A stretch of 63,532 bases of DNA from Hyphomicrobiaceae bacterium (GTDB taxonomy: Bacteria; Pseudomonadota; Alphaproteobacteria; Rhizobiales; Hyphomicrobiaceae): NCBI GenBank assembly GCA_031365465.1, contig JANLYD010000003.1:1-63532 (forward strand), written 5' to 3'. Below are positions 1 through 9,143 of this stretch, in pieces. The notes beneath the pieces are model-generated. The model worked only from the letters and a program-made list of their open reading frames with translations. It did no database searches and was not told the origin of the DNA. A program made the translations under genes and the position numbers. The stretch's first letter is position 1; every line of letters starts with the position of its first letter.

Positions 1-2
1 CC

Positions 3-566
3 GACAAGGGAACGCTTACCGCCGCCAACTCCACCCCGCTCACCGACGGCGCGGCCGCTGTCTTGCTGTGTTCGGAAGAGTGGGCGGCCAAGCGCGGCTT
101 GCCCGTGCTCGCCTATCTCACCGAGGCGCAAACCGCCGCCAACGATTTTGTGCACGGCGACGGCCTGTTGATGGCGCCCACCATTGCGGTGTCGAAAATG
201 ATCGATCGCGCCGGGCTCAAACTGCAGGACTTCGATTACTATGAAATCCACGAGGCCTTCGCCGCGCAGGTTCTCTGCACGCTGAAAGCCTGGGAAGATC
301 CCGCGTACTGCAAGACGAAGTTGGGCAAGGACGCGCCGCTGGGCTCCATCGATCGCTCCAAGCTCAACGTCATGGGTTCGAGCCTGGCGTTCGGGCATCC
401 GTTCGCAGCCACCGGCGCACGCATCATCGGCAATCTCGCCAAGCTGCTGAACCAGCACGGCGGCCGCGGCCTGATCTCCGTCTGCACCGCCGGCGGCATG
501 GGCGTCACCGCCATCCTCGAAAGCTCAAAAACCTCCGCCGCCGTCATGCCGCAAGCCGCCGAGTAG
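3..566 (+). CDS. acetyl-CoA C-acyl/acetyltransferase (thiolase), C-terminal part; 5-prime end outside window
   Basis: Frame open from the window edge to TAG 564-566. C-terminal thiolase signatures NVMGSSLAFGHPFAATGARI and CTAGGMGVTAILE are present. Confidence 0.85.
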   Translation, partial: DKGTLTAANSTPLTDGAAAVLLCSEEWAAKRGLPVLAYLTEAQTAANDFVHGDGLLMAPTIAVSKMIDRAGLKLQDFDYYEIHEAFAAQVLCTLKAWEDPAYCKTKLGKDAPLGSIDRSKLNVMGSSLAFGHPFAATGARIIGNLAKLLNQHGGRGLISVCTAGGMGVTAILESSKTSAAVMPQAAE

Positions 567-623
567 CAGTCGCTGCGCGTCGAAGCGTTGCGAAACTCGG
601 CCTCGAACGGTTCCTCCTTGTCT

Positions 624-769
624 CGTCATCCCGGCGAAGGCCGGGACCCACGGCAACGCTGAAATCGGCGTGTCTCGACAGAGCAACGGGTTTTCAACGA
701 CGATTGGCGCATTAGGCAACGGGCCACACGATTGATTAGTCGTGCGTCCGGGCCTTCGCCGGGATGACG
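624..769. repeat. REP/MITE-like element with terminal inverted arms
   Basis: Arms CGTCATCCCGGCGAAGGCCGGGACCCAC (624-651) and GTCCGGGCCTTCGCCGGGATGACG (746-769) flank a spacer of about 94 nt. The same arm pair recurs at 3906-4030. Confidence 0.8.
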
Positions 770-787
770 ACCGGTGAGAGCCGCGCG

Positions 788-2524
788 TCACGCCTTCCCG
801 GCTTCCACCCGGCGCGTCGGGTTGTCGTTGGTGGCGGCGACTGCCACGCGTTGGCCGCGCATGTTGGCCATCACTGCGTCACGCGCGCCGAAGGCCAGCG
901 TCAAACCGAACGACATCACCAGCATCTTGTCGACGTGCTGCAAAATCGAGGGCCGGTGGCTCACGATAATCACCGAGCGTTTGGCCGCTTTCATGTGCGC
1001 CAGCGCATGTGCAAGAGCGCGTTCGCCGTCTTCGTCGAGATTGGCGTTCGGCTCGTCGAGCACGATCAGGCGGGGGTCGCCGAACAGCGCGCGCGCGAGG
1101 CCGATGCGTTGCCGCGTGCCGCCCGACAACGCAGCGCCGGCGTCACCGATCTGCGTATCGTAGCCTTTCGGCAGACGCAGGATGAGATCGTGGGCGCCGG
1201 CCGCTCGGGCGGCCTTGATCACGTCGGCATCTTCGACCGTCGCCAGGCGCGCGATGTTCTGCTTGATCGTGCCGGCGAACAACTCGACGCTCTGCGGGAG
1301 ATAGCCGATGTGCTTGCCGAGCTGGGTCGGGTCCCACTGCTTGTAGTCCGCGCCATCGATGCGCACGGTGCCCTGCATGACCGGCCACACGCCGGCGATG
1401 GCCCTTGCCAGGCTCGACTTGCCGCTGCCCGACGCGCCGACAACCGCCACGATCTCACCCGGAGCGACGGCGAAGCTGACGCCTTTCACCACCGGACGCC
1501 CGCCGCTCGGCGGCAACACGACCACGTTTTCGATGTCGATTTGGCCCTGCGGCGTCGGCAACTTCGTCTGCTCGGCCTGCGCGGGCAGGGCTGCGAACAG
1601 TTGGTTCAAACGGTGGTGCGCCTCGCGCAGCTTCAACAGTTGCCGCCATTTGCCGACCAGTTGCTCGACGGGCGCCAAGGCGCGGCCCATCAGGATCGAC
1701 GACGCCATCATCACGCCCGGAGACACCTGCTGCTCTATGGCGAGATAAGCACCCGCGCCCATCAACCCGGTCTGTACCAGCATGCGGACGAATTTCGTCA
1801 CCGCCATCATCGCGGCGCTGCGTTCGTTGGCGGTGGCCATCGTGGCGACGGCTGCAGCCTGCGTCACCCCCCAACGGTCGCGGACGGTTTCACCCATGCC
1901 GAGACCGCGCACGGCTTCGCCGTTCTTCAATACCGATGCGGCGAAACTCGAGGCTTCGCTTGAAAGGCGACCGGCCTCGCTCAGGCCCGATTTGGTGATC
2001 TTTTCAGTCAACAGGGCCAAGCCGAACAGTATGAGGGCGCCGGCCAGCGCCACCAAGCCCAGGACCGGATGCAACAGGAAGCAGAGCGCGACGAAGATCG
2101 GGATCCACGGCACGTCGCACAGCGTTCCGATCACGCCGGAAGCAATGCCGTCGCGCACCGTGTCGGCATCGCGCAGCATCTGCACGCCCGAGACCGGCAC
2201 GCCGGCGGTTTCGGCCCGCAGCAGGCAATCGAACAGCGACGTCCGCAACCGTTCGTCGAACAGGATCGAGGCCTTCTGCTGCAAACCAGAGCGCACGTAT
2301 TCGAGCGCTGCATATAGCGCGAGGAATACCAGCACGATCAGGCTCAGCATCAACAGCGTGCCGGCGTTGCGGCTGGCGATCACGCGGTCGTTGACCTGGA
2401 TCGAGTACAGCGGCAGCGACAGCATCGACAGGTTGATGAATACGCTCATGATTGCCGTGGCGATGAACGCGGGACGGCACACGGCCTTGGCGTGAGCGAG
2501 CGGGGTTTTGAGTTTGGCGGTCAT
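788..2524 (-). CDS. type I secretion system ABC permease/ATPase (PrtD/HasD/AprD type)
   Basis: N-terminal multi-TM domain, then Walker A GASGSGKSS, ABC signature LSGGTRQR and Walker B LIVLDEP. Start placed at MTAKLKTPLAH (ATG 2524); the ORF-track start at 2671 is an alternative. Confidence 0.9.
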   Translation of the reverse strand: MTAKLKTPLAHAKAVCRPAFIATAIMSVFINLSMLSLPLYSIQVNDRVIASRNAGTLLMLSLIVLVFLALYAALEYVRSGLQQKASILFDERLRTSLFDCLLRAETAGVPVSGVQMLRDADTVRDGIASGVIGTLCDVPWIPIFVALCFLLHPVLGLVALAGALILFGLALLTEKITKSGLSEAGRLSSEASSFAASVLKNGEAVRGLGMGETVRDRWGVTQAAAVATMATANERSAAMMAVTKFVRMLVQTGLMGAGAYLAIEQQVSPGVMMASSILMGRALAPVEQLVGKWRQLLKLREAHHRLNQLFAALPAQAEQTKLPTPQGQIDIENVVVLPPSGGRPVVKGVSFAVAPGEIVAVVGASGSGKSSLARAIAGVWPVMQGTVRIDGADYKQWDPTQLGKHIGYLPQSVELFAGTIKQNIARLATVEDADVIKAARAAGAHDLILRLPKGYDTQIGDAGAALSGGTRQRIGLARALFGDPRLIVLDEPNANLDEDGERALAHALAHMKAAKRSVIIVSHRPSILQHVDKMLVMSFGLTLAFGARDAVMANMRGQRVAVAATNDNPTRRVEAGKA

Positions 2525-2654
2525 GGCTCGAGGCCTCTGCTGATGAATAAAGTCGGCGGCGTCTCCAGCGTTTTTCACACAGGCGCGCATTCCCCGCTGT
2601 TTCGCAGGGAACAGGGGTCCAAAATTTGAGTGAAGGCGTGTTTTCAGCGCAGAT

Positions 2655-2686
2655 GCTCCGGGGCGGGTCATGGCCCGTCCCGGAGC
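2655..2686 (-). other. GC-rich intercistronic stem-loop between the RTX gene and the T1SS ABC gene
   Basis: GCTCCGGGGCGGG / loop TCATG / GCCCGTCCCGGAGC, a stem of about 13 bp with one G-T pair. There is no T-run after it on the transcribed (minus) strand, so it is not a canonical intrinsic terminator. Confidence 0.4.
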
Positions 2687-2706
2687 GGTGTAGTGGTTAA
2701 CGCTGA

Positions 2707-3702
2707 TCAGGCATGGAAGACGAAGTCCGAAGAGTGCAGGTCGGCTGCGTGCACACCTTCCAGCGTCATCGATTCCGAACCCCAGCTGACGACGGCGTTG
2801 CCGGCCGAGTTTTGGGTGATCTTGAGATCGCTGAACTGGTCGATGCCAGAAGCATCGTTGAACGAAATCTGGTCACCTTGCGCGGAATGGAAGTCGGTGA
2901 TGACGTCGTGGCCAGACTGTTTGCCGTCGATGGCGAACGTGTCGGCACCCGCTCCACCGGTCAGACGGTCGTTGCCCCAGCCGCCGCTGAGAACGTCGTT
3001 GCCCGATCCACCGTTCAGCACGTCGGCGCCTGCGCCACCGTACAGTTTGTCGTTGCCGGCGTCGCCGAACAGCTGGTCGTTACCGATCCCGCCGACGAGC
3101 TTGTCGGTCCCGTCTCCACCGTGGAGCACGTCGTTGCCTGTGCCGCCGCTGAGGTAGTCGTTGCCAGCGTCGCCGAACATGGTGTCGGCGCCGGCTCCGC
3201 CGTACATCGTGTCGTTGCCTGTGCCTCCGTACATTTTGTCGGCACCGGAGTCGCCGTACATCTTGTCGTCGCCTGCATCGCCGTACAGGGTATCGGCGCC
3301 GGTTCCACCGTGGATTTCGTCGTTCCCGGCTCCGCCGCGCACTGTGTCGTTGCCAGCATCGCCATAAAGCTTGTCGTTGCCCGTTCCGCCGTCGATCGCG
3401 TCGGCGCCGTTGCCGCCGCGGATAACGTCGTTACCGGCATCACCGAACAGCTTGTCGTTGCCGTTGCCGCCGTCGATCTTGTCGGCGCCGGTGCCACCGT
3501 GGATCTCGTCGCGCCCGTCGCCGCCGTTCAGCGTGTCGTTGCCGGCTTCGCCGAAGATCTTGTCGTCGCCTGCTTGTCCGTTGACGACGTCGTTGCCTGC
3601 ACCAGCGTTAACCGTGTCGTTGCCTGCGCCGGCATCGATCTTGTCTGCGAATTGGGTGCCGTTGAGAACTTCGCTCTGGGCGGTGCCTTTGATGGTAGCC
3701 AT
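2707..3702 (-). CDS. RTX calcium-binding repeat protein, probable T1SS substrate
   Basis: ATG at 3702 is preceded by AGGAG (CTCCT at 3711-3715 on the + strand). About two dozen tandem GGxGxDxUx nonapeptides (e.g. GGNGNDKLFGDAGNDVIRGGNGADAIDGGTGNDKLYG). No Cys, no N-terminal signal peptide, and a non-repeat C-terminal tail. The upstream part of the 454-aa track ORF runs through a REP element and is discarded. Confidence 0.9.
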   Translation of the reverse strand: MATIKGTAQSEVLNGTQFADKIDAGAGNDTVNAGAGNDVVNGQAGDDKIFGEAGNDTLNGGDGRDEIHGGTGADKIDGGNGNDKLFGDAGNDVIRGGNGADAIDGGTGNDKLYGDAGNDTVRGGAGNDEIHGGTGADTLYGDAGDDKMYGDSGADKMYGGTGNDTMYGGAGADTMFGDAGNDYLSGGTGNDVLHGGDGTDKLVGGIGNDQLFGDAGNDKLYGGAGADVLNGGSGNDVLSGGWGNDRLTGGAGADTFAIDGKQSGHDVITDFHSAQGDQISFNDASGIDQFSDLKITQNSAGNAVVSWGSESMTLEGVHAADLHSSDFVFHA

Positions 3703-3905
3703 GATAAAATCTCCTGTTGGGTTGGGTTTGTGATCTCTGCAGGCTGCCGCGCCCCGTGTCGTTTCAGAGGTCGTCGGCAACTGTCCCGAATATGCAGGAA
3801 GCGCTGTCCCACCGCTGTTTCCGGCGGAACAGGTGAAAAGATTTCCGAAAGTTTTCGCCGCGACGTTGTGGTCTCGAATTATCAAAAGATACACGACACT
3901 TTCTT

Positions 3906-4030
3906 CGTCATCCCGGCGAAGGCCGGGAGCCACGGCAACACTGGAGATAAAAAAACTCAATAATTTCGGGCGAAACTTGCATTCTTCCGGCTCCCAAATC
4001 CTCTCGTGGGTCCCGGCCTCCGCCGGGATG
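3906..4030. repeat. second copy of the REP/MITE-like inverted-arm element
   Basis: Arms CGTCATCCCGGCGAAGGCCGGGAGCCAC (3906-3933) and GTGGGTCCCGGCCTCCGCCGGGATG (4006-4030). The spacer differs from the copy at 624-769. Confidence 0.8.
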
Positions 4031-4128
4031 CCGAAGAGAGAGGGTGGTGCGAGTGAATTGAGAACGGACACCTAGCGAATAGGGAAAATCGTAATGCGCA
4101 GAGTAGAGACGCGCGTACCCCCCCCGCG

Positions 4129-4273
4129 CCGACGCAGGTCGGCATGCGAAGCGCAAGCCGCGCGGATGCTTGTGGGCATCCGAAGCGCCAGCAGAGAGCG
4201 CGGATGCTTGTGGGCATCCGAAGCGCCAGCAGAGAGCGCGGATGCAGGTCGCATCCGAAGCGCAAGCAGCGAG
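4129..4273. repeat. tandem array of a 38-bp hairpin-containing unit
   Basis: Two perfect units CGCGGATGCTTGTGGGCATCCGAAGCGCCAGCAGAGAG (4161-4198 and 4199-4236) are flanked by diverged units at about 4129-4160 and 4237-4273. Each unit carries the CGGATGC-N6-GCATCCG stem. Confidence 0.85.
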
Positions 4274-4378
4274 TCTCATTATCTTCTTGTGCTCGTTCCC
4301 GGCGAAACAGCGCGTGGCCGTTCGTTCAGCGACGGTGGGTCAACACTGAGTTACTTCCAGCGAGACCGGACCTTCACA

Positions 4379-5698
4379 ATGACAATGACCCTTGCTCTCC
4401 CCGCTCATCGCGCCTCCGGCGATTTTCGTTCGCTGCTGTGGTTCGGCTATGGCTCGATCGCGCTGACGTTCGGTGCGTTTGGTGCGTGGGCGTCGCTGGC
4501 GCCGCTCGACAGCGCGGCCATCGCCAGTGCGCAGGTGGCGGTGGTTTCCGATCGCAAGCCGATCCAACACCTCGAGGGTGGCATCTTGCGCGAGGTGCTG
4601 GTCAGTGAAACCCAGCGCGTCGAAGCAGGGCAGGTGCTGTTTCGTCTGCAGCCCGTGCAGGCGCAAGCCAATGCCGACACCGTTCGCAAGCAACTCGACA
4701 GCACGTTGGCGCAAGAGGCGCGACTGCTCGCCGAACGCGATGACGCTGCCGTCATTCAGTGGCCGTCGGATTTGTCGACCCGCAAGTCGCAGCCCGATGT
4801 CGCGGCCCTCGTCGCCGATCATGAAAAGCAATTTGCCGACCGCCGCCGCTCACTCGAGGGCCAGGTGGCCATTTTTGTGTCGCGGGTCGAACAAACATCG
4901 CGCGACATTTCCGGCAAGAGTAGCCGCGAGAAGTCGCTGACCCGGCAAATCGAAAGTCTGCAGGTCGACGTCGATAAATTCGCATCGCTCTCCGACAAAG
5001 GTTACTTTCCCCGCAGCAAACTCAGCGCCATGCAGCGCGATCTCTGGCGCATGGAAGGCGACCGCGAGGGGCTTCGCAGCGAAGTCGCCCGTTCGACCGA
5101 AATCATCTCCGAGGCGCGCCAACAGATGGCCGTCATCCGCCAGCAACGCATCGACGAGGCGGCCCAGCAGTTGTCGGACGTGCGCGCCAAGCTTGCAGAA
5201 CTCCGCGAGAAGCACTCGGTAACGTCGGATGTGCTGGCGCGACAGGATGTGCGCGCACCACGCTCAGGCACCGTGCAGGCGATCAAGATGCACACCGTCG
5301 GCGAAGTTGTGCGGCCGGGCGATACGATGGCCGAACTCGTCACCATCGACGAAGGGCTGATCATGACCGCGCAGGTTCAGCCCAGCGACATCGACAGCGT
5401 CCACTCCGGATCGAAAGCCGAAATCCGCTTCCCGGCATTCGCTTCCCGGCAGACCGTTGCAACTCGGGGCCGCATCGAAACCATCGCCGCCGATCTGACT
5501 GTCGATCCCGTCACCAAGCAGGCCTTTTACATGGCCCGCGTTTCGATCGACGGGGCGACGTTGCCCGACGAACTCAAGGCCAAACTGGTGCCCGGCATGC
5601 CGGCGAGCGTGTTGATCACGACCGGCGAACGCACGATGCTGACCTATCTCGTCGGACCGCTGCGCGATCGCATCGTCAAGACCATGCGCGACAAATGA
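4379..5698 (+). CDS. HlyD-family type I secretion membrane fusion protein
   Basis: Single N-terminal TM (LLWFGYGSIALTFGAFGAWASLA), a long coiled-coil middle and a C-terminal beta domain. Diverges from the RTX/ABC genes. Start set at ATG 4379 (MTMTLALP), because the 4094 ATG would translate the tandem repeats. Confidence 0.85.
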   Translation: MTMTLALPAHRASGDFRSLLWFGYGSIALTFGAFGAWASLAPLDSAAIASAQVAVVSDRKPIQHLEGGILREVLVSETQRVEAGQVLFRLQPVQAQANADTVRKQLDSTLAQEARLLAERDDAAVIQWPSDLSTRKSQPDVAALVADHEKQFADRRRSLEGQVAIFVSRVEQTSRDISGKSSREKSLTRQIESLQVDVDKFASLSDKGYFPRSKLSAMQRDLWRMEGDREGLRSEVARSTEIISEARQQMAVIRQQRIDEAAQQLSDVRAKLAELREKHSVTSDVLARQDVRAPRSGTVQAIKMHTVGEVVRPGDTMAELVTIDEGLIMTAQVQPSDIDSVHSGSKAEIRFPAFASRQTVATRGRIETIAADLTVDPVTKQAFYMARVSIDGATLPDELKAKLVPGMPASVLITTGERTMLTYLVGPLRDRIVKTMRDK

Positions 5699-5787
5699 GA
5701 CTTTAACCACCGGCCGGCAGTTTGCCCGGCGTGGCCTAGCTCGCACGGCAGCCTTGGGTTACGGTGCGGTACTGGAGACCTCCGCGC

Positions 5788-6477
5788 ATGGCCGATATCG
5801 TTGCAATCCTGACGAAGACGAAACTGTTCGGAACGCTCGATCCGGCGGTGTTGCAGCAAATCGCCAAACAGATGCGACCGATCAACTTCGGTAGCGGGCA
5901 GCTCATCTTCGAGCGCGGCGACGAGGGGCGCGATATCTACCTCATCATCACCGGCCGTGTGCGCCTGTCGGTGCTCTCCTCGGAAGGACGCGAGCTGTCC
6001 TTCGGTCATCCCGGTCCCGGCGACGTTTTCGGCGAGATTGCGGCGCTCGATGGCGGCCCGCGTACGGCGCACGCGACCGCCGTGTCCAAGGTCGAGACGA
6101 TGGCGCTGTCGCGGACGGCATTCGACGCGTTGATCGCGGCGCAACCGGCGCTGGCACGGGCGGCGATCGTTTTTCTCTGCGCTCTTTTGCGGCAGGCCGA
6201 CGACCAGTTCGAAAGTGTCGCCCTGCACCGGATCGAAGTGAGGTTGGCGCGGTTCCTATTGACGCTCGTCAAGCAGCAGCACGGCGCGACGCCCGGCCCC
6301 AAACCCAGCGTTACGTTCGGGTTGTCTCAAAGCGAACTAGCGTTGCACCTGGGTGCCAGCCGGCCCAAGGTGAATGCGGCGTTGATGCTGCTCGAAGAGC
6401 GCGAGGCGATCGTCCGCCAGGACGCGAGCATCATCTGCGATTGTGATCTGCTGGCTGACATTGCCGAAGAGGGCTGA
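5788..6477 (+). CDS. Crp/Fnr-family transcriptional regulator
   Basis: cNMP-binding-domain pattern (GDEGRDIYLIITGRVRL, FGEIAALDGGPRTAHATA) and a C-terminal HTH (LSQSELALHLGASRPKVNAAL). ATG 5788 lies about 10 nt downstream of GGAG. Confidence 0.8.
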   Translation: MADIVAILTKTKLFGTLDPAVLQQIAKQMRPINFGSGQLIFERGDEGRDIYLIITGRVRLSVLSSEGRELSFGHPGPGDVFGEIAALDGGPRTAHATAVSKVETMALSRTAFDALIAAQPALARAAIVFLCALLRQADDQFESVALHRIEVRLARFLLTLVKQQHGATPGPKPSVTFGLSQSELALHLGASRPKVNAALMLLEEREAIVRQDASIICDCDLLADIAEEG

Positions 6478-6500
6478 ATTGGAAAAGGTGCGAGACATCT

Positions 6501-8003
6501 GTGCATGACGTCCTGCAAAAATCAGATGATGTGACAATCGCAGAGCCGGTTTCGCCCCCGCCAACTCCGCCGACGTTGTTCACTGTTCTGCCCTACATTA
6601 TGCTGCCCATGGCGATGGCGGCCATCGATTCGACCATGGTGACGACCGCCTTGCCGGCCATCGTCGCGACCCTCGGCGGCGTCACGCACGTGTCCTGGAT
6701 CGTCGTCGCAAGCCTCGTCAGCGGCGTCATCGCCGCCCCCGTCTACGGCCAATTGCGCGACGTCGCGGGTAGCCGCCGCATGATGCTGATCGCCCTGACG
6801 GTGTTCATGGGGGCGTCGCTGCTATGCGCATTTTCGACATCGCTGACGATGCTGGTGGTCTGCCGCTGCCTGCAAGGCTTGGGCGGGGGCGGTCTGATGA
6901 CGCTGTCACAGGCGATCATCGGCGAAACCATCCCGCCATTGGAGCGAGCTAAATACCAGGGATACCTGGCCGCAGTCATGGTGACGGCCACGTCGATCGG
7001 GCCGTTGATCGGCGGCACGCTCACCACGTACTTCGGTTGGCGCAGCATGTTCCTGTTCAACGTGCCACTGGCGGCGGTGGCGATCGTGCTGACCCGCTCG
7101 GCACCGGCGCGTCCGCCAGTTGCGAGCAACTGGAACTTCGACTTTCCCGGCCTCGTGCTGTTCGTCGCGTTCATCGCGCCGTTCCTGATTGCGCTGGACG
7201 TGCTACGCGCGATGACTGCCGACACGCGCGATACAGGTTTGTTGCTGCTGGCTGCCTCGGCCGCCGCGCTCGCAGCTCTGCTGTGGCAGGAGCGGCGCGC
7301 CTTCTTTCCCTTGCTGCCGGTCCGCTTTTTGAGCGAACGAACGATCTGGATGTCTGATACCCTTGCGGCCTGCCACGGCGCGGCGTTGGTGTCCCTGTTC
7401 ACTCTGCTGCCGCTCTATCTGCACGTCGTCAAAGGCGCGTCGGCGTCCGAGATGGGCGGTTACATTCTGCCGATCATGCTCGGCATTGGAACGGGGTCGA
7501 TGGTGACCGGGCGCTTGGTCAGCCGGACCAGCCGCACGGCGATTTTCCCGAGTGTCGGACTGACCGTCGCGACGCTGCTGCTGGCGAACCAGGCTTTGCA
7601 CATGGATCAATGGTCACGCGTTGCTACGACGATCAGCCTGCTGCTGTGCGGGGCGTCGATGGGCACCGTGATGGGCGTCGTGCAGGTGACGGTGCAGTCT
7701 GCGGCCGGCCGGACGGGGCTTGGGTCGGCTGCGGCGTCGGTGCAGATTTCGCGTTCGATCGGGGCGGCCATCGGTGCCACGGTGACGAACGGCCTGCTGT
7801 TCATGGCGCTGGCCGCGCAAGACCCGGCGTTCGTGCCAGTCTTCGCCGCGCTATTCGAGGCTGAAAAAATCTCGAACGTGCCGCTTGTCCCCGGTTCGGC
7901 TAGTGCCATCGGGACGGCGTTCCGCGTGGCGTTTCTGGCCATCGCCGGCTTTACGGCAATCGGCGCGACAATCGCATGGTCGATCCCCAAACGGCGTCTC
8001 TAG
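6501..8003 (+). CDS. MFS transporter, DHA2 (EmrB/QacA-like, 14-TMS) type
   Basis: About 14 hydrophobic segments. The N-terminal AAIDSTMVTTALPAI motif and GQLRDVAGSRRMMLI loop are typical of drug:H+ antiporter-2. The GTG start is uncertain. Confidence 0.8.
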   Translation: MHDVLQKSDDVTIAEPVSPPPTPPTLFTVLPYIMLPMAMAAIDSTMVTTALPAIVATLGGVTHVSWIVVASLVSGVIAAPVYGQLRDVAGSRRMMLIALTVFMGASLLCAFSTSLTMLVVCRCLQGLGGGGLMTLSQAIIGETIPPLERAKYQGYLAAVMVTATSIGPLIGGTLTTYFGWRSMFLFNVPLAAVAIVLTRSAPARPPVASNWNFDFPGLVLFVAFIAPFLIALDVLRAMTADTRDTGLLLLAASAAALAALLWQERRAFFPLLPVRFLSERTIWMSDTLAACHGAALVSLFTLLPLYLHVVKGASASEMGGYILPIMLGIGTGSMVTGRLVSRTSRTAIFPSVGLTVATLLLANQALHMDQWSRVATTISLLLCGASMGTVMGVVQVTVQSAAGRTGLGSAAASVQISRSIGAAIGATVTNGLLFMALAAQDPAFVPVFAALFEAEKISNVPLVPGSASAIGTAFRVAFLAIAGFTAIGATIAWSIPKRRL

Positions 8004-8036
8004 CTCTTCCGGTCACTCCCGGGCATTTACCTTGAC

Positions 8037-9143
8037 GTGCGATACCACTCGGCGGCAATTTACCGGCTGGGATTTTCGATCGGAATGGAGACGGCGATGC
8101 GCAATATTTTTGGCTGGATGAGCGGCGGGACGGGAAAGGGCGGCGCTGCAGTGAACGCTCCAGCGGATGCATCGTCGGCCAGCGCTGCCGTCAGAGCGCC
8201 CCACGCCAACGGCGGCGACGTCAAACTCGAATACACGTCGGAAACCATCACCACTGCGGCGCTGACGCAGATGGAGAGCACGCCCGACGCGCGGCTCAAG
8301 GTGGTCATGGCGGCAGCGGTTCGTCATCTGCATGCGTTTGCCCGCGAAGTGAACCTAACTCCGGGCGAGTGGATCAAGGGCATCGATTTTCTGACGCGCA
8401 CCGGTCAGGCCTGCACGCCGTCGCGGCAGGAAATGATCCTGCTGTCCGACACCATGGGCTTGAGCACGCTCATCAACACGCTGCACGATAAAACTGCGGT
8501 CGAGGAAGCGACGCATTCGAGCCTGCTCGGGCCGTTCTTCCGCGAAGCACCGCCCAAGTTCAAAGCCGGCGAGCAAATCTCGCTCAAGGATGCATCCGAC
8601 GAAGTGGTGCTGTTCGGCAAAGTCACCGACACCAAGGGCCGCCCGCTGCCGAACGCGACGGTTTCGGTCTGGCAGACGGGCACCGATGGCCTCTACGACA
8701 TGCAGCAGAGCGACACGAGCATGGATTGCCGGGGCGAATTCACCACCGACGCCAATGGTAACTATCTCATTCGCACGGTGCGCCCGCAGTTCTATTCGAT
8801 CCCGATGGATGGCCCGGTCGGCGAGATGATCACCGCTCAGAACCGCCACCGCAACCGCCCCGCCCACATCCACTTCCTGATCGCGGCTGCGGGCTATCGC
8901 GAAATGGTCACCGCTCTCTACATCGCCGACGATCCCCACATCATGAACGACGTGGTGTTCGGCGCGCACGGGGATCTCATTGCGGCGATCAAGAAAGACC
9001 AACCGGGCTGCCCGGTCTCCGGTGTCAACAGCATCAAGTTCAACTTCGCGCTGTCGATCGAAAGTACGGCCGACAGGATGGGCGGCCGCGTCGGCGCAGA
9101 CCCGTCGAAAATTGGCGCAACCGCAAGCGCGGGCGGAGCGTGA
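8037..9143 (+). CDS. intradiol ring-cleavage dioxygenase (hydroxyquinol/catechol 1,2-dioxygenase family)
   Basis: Dioxygenase N-terminal helical region, then the catalytic core with NRPAHIHFLIAAAGY and GLYDMQQ. The start is uncertain; internal ATGs exist at about 8085-8118. Confidence 0.8.
   Translation: MRYHSAAIYRLGFSIGMETAMRNIFGWMSGGTGKGGAAVNAPADASSASAAVRAPHANGGDVKLEYTSETITTAALTQMESTPDARLKVVMAAAVRHLHAFAREVNLTPGEWIKGIDFLTRTGQACTPSRQEMILLSDTMGLSTLINTLHDKTAVEEATHSSLLGPFFREAPPKFKAGEQISLKDASDEVVLFGKVTDTKGRPLPNATVSVWQTGTDGLYDMQQSDTSMDCRGEFTTDANGNYLIRTVRPQFYSIPMDGPVGEMITAQNRHRNRPAHIHFLIAAAGYREMVTALYIADDPHIMNDVVFGAHGDLIAAIKKDQPGCPVSGVNSIKFNFALSIESTADRMGGRVGADPSKIGATASAGGA

Noticed and set aside
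764-1963. 399-aa + strand ORF (and the nested 774..1163 and 1359..1748 ORFs) antisense to the T1SS ABC gene
   Set aside because: The composition is Arg/His/Ala-rich low complexity with no motifs. It lies wholly inside a well-supported minus-strand ABC gene, so it is a typical high-GC shadow ORF.
2713-3963. 416-aa + strand ORF antisense to the RTX gene
   Set aside because: Its periodic V/A/G peptide is just the reverse-complement reading of the GGxGxD repeats. The minus-strand frame has an RBS and a coherent RTX protein.
4129-4273. Possible CRISPR array
   Set aside because: The units are contiguous with no unique spacers, there are only about four copies, and there are no cas genes. It is a tandem REP-like repeat instead.
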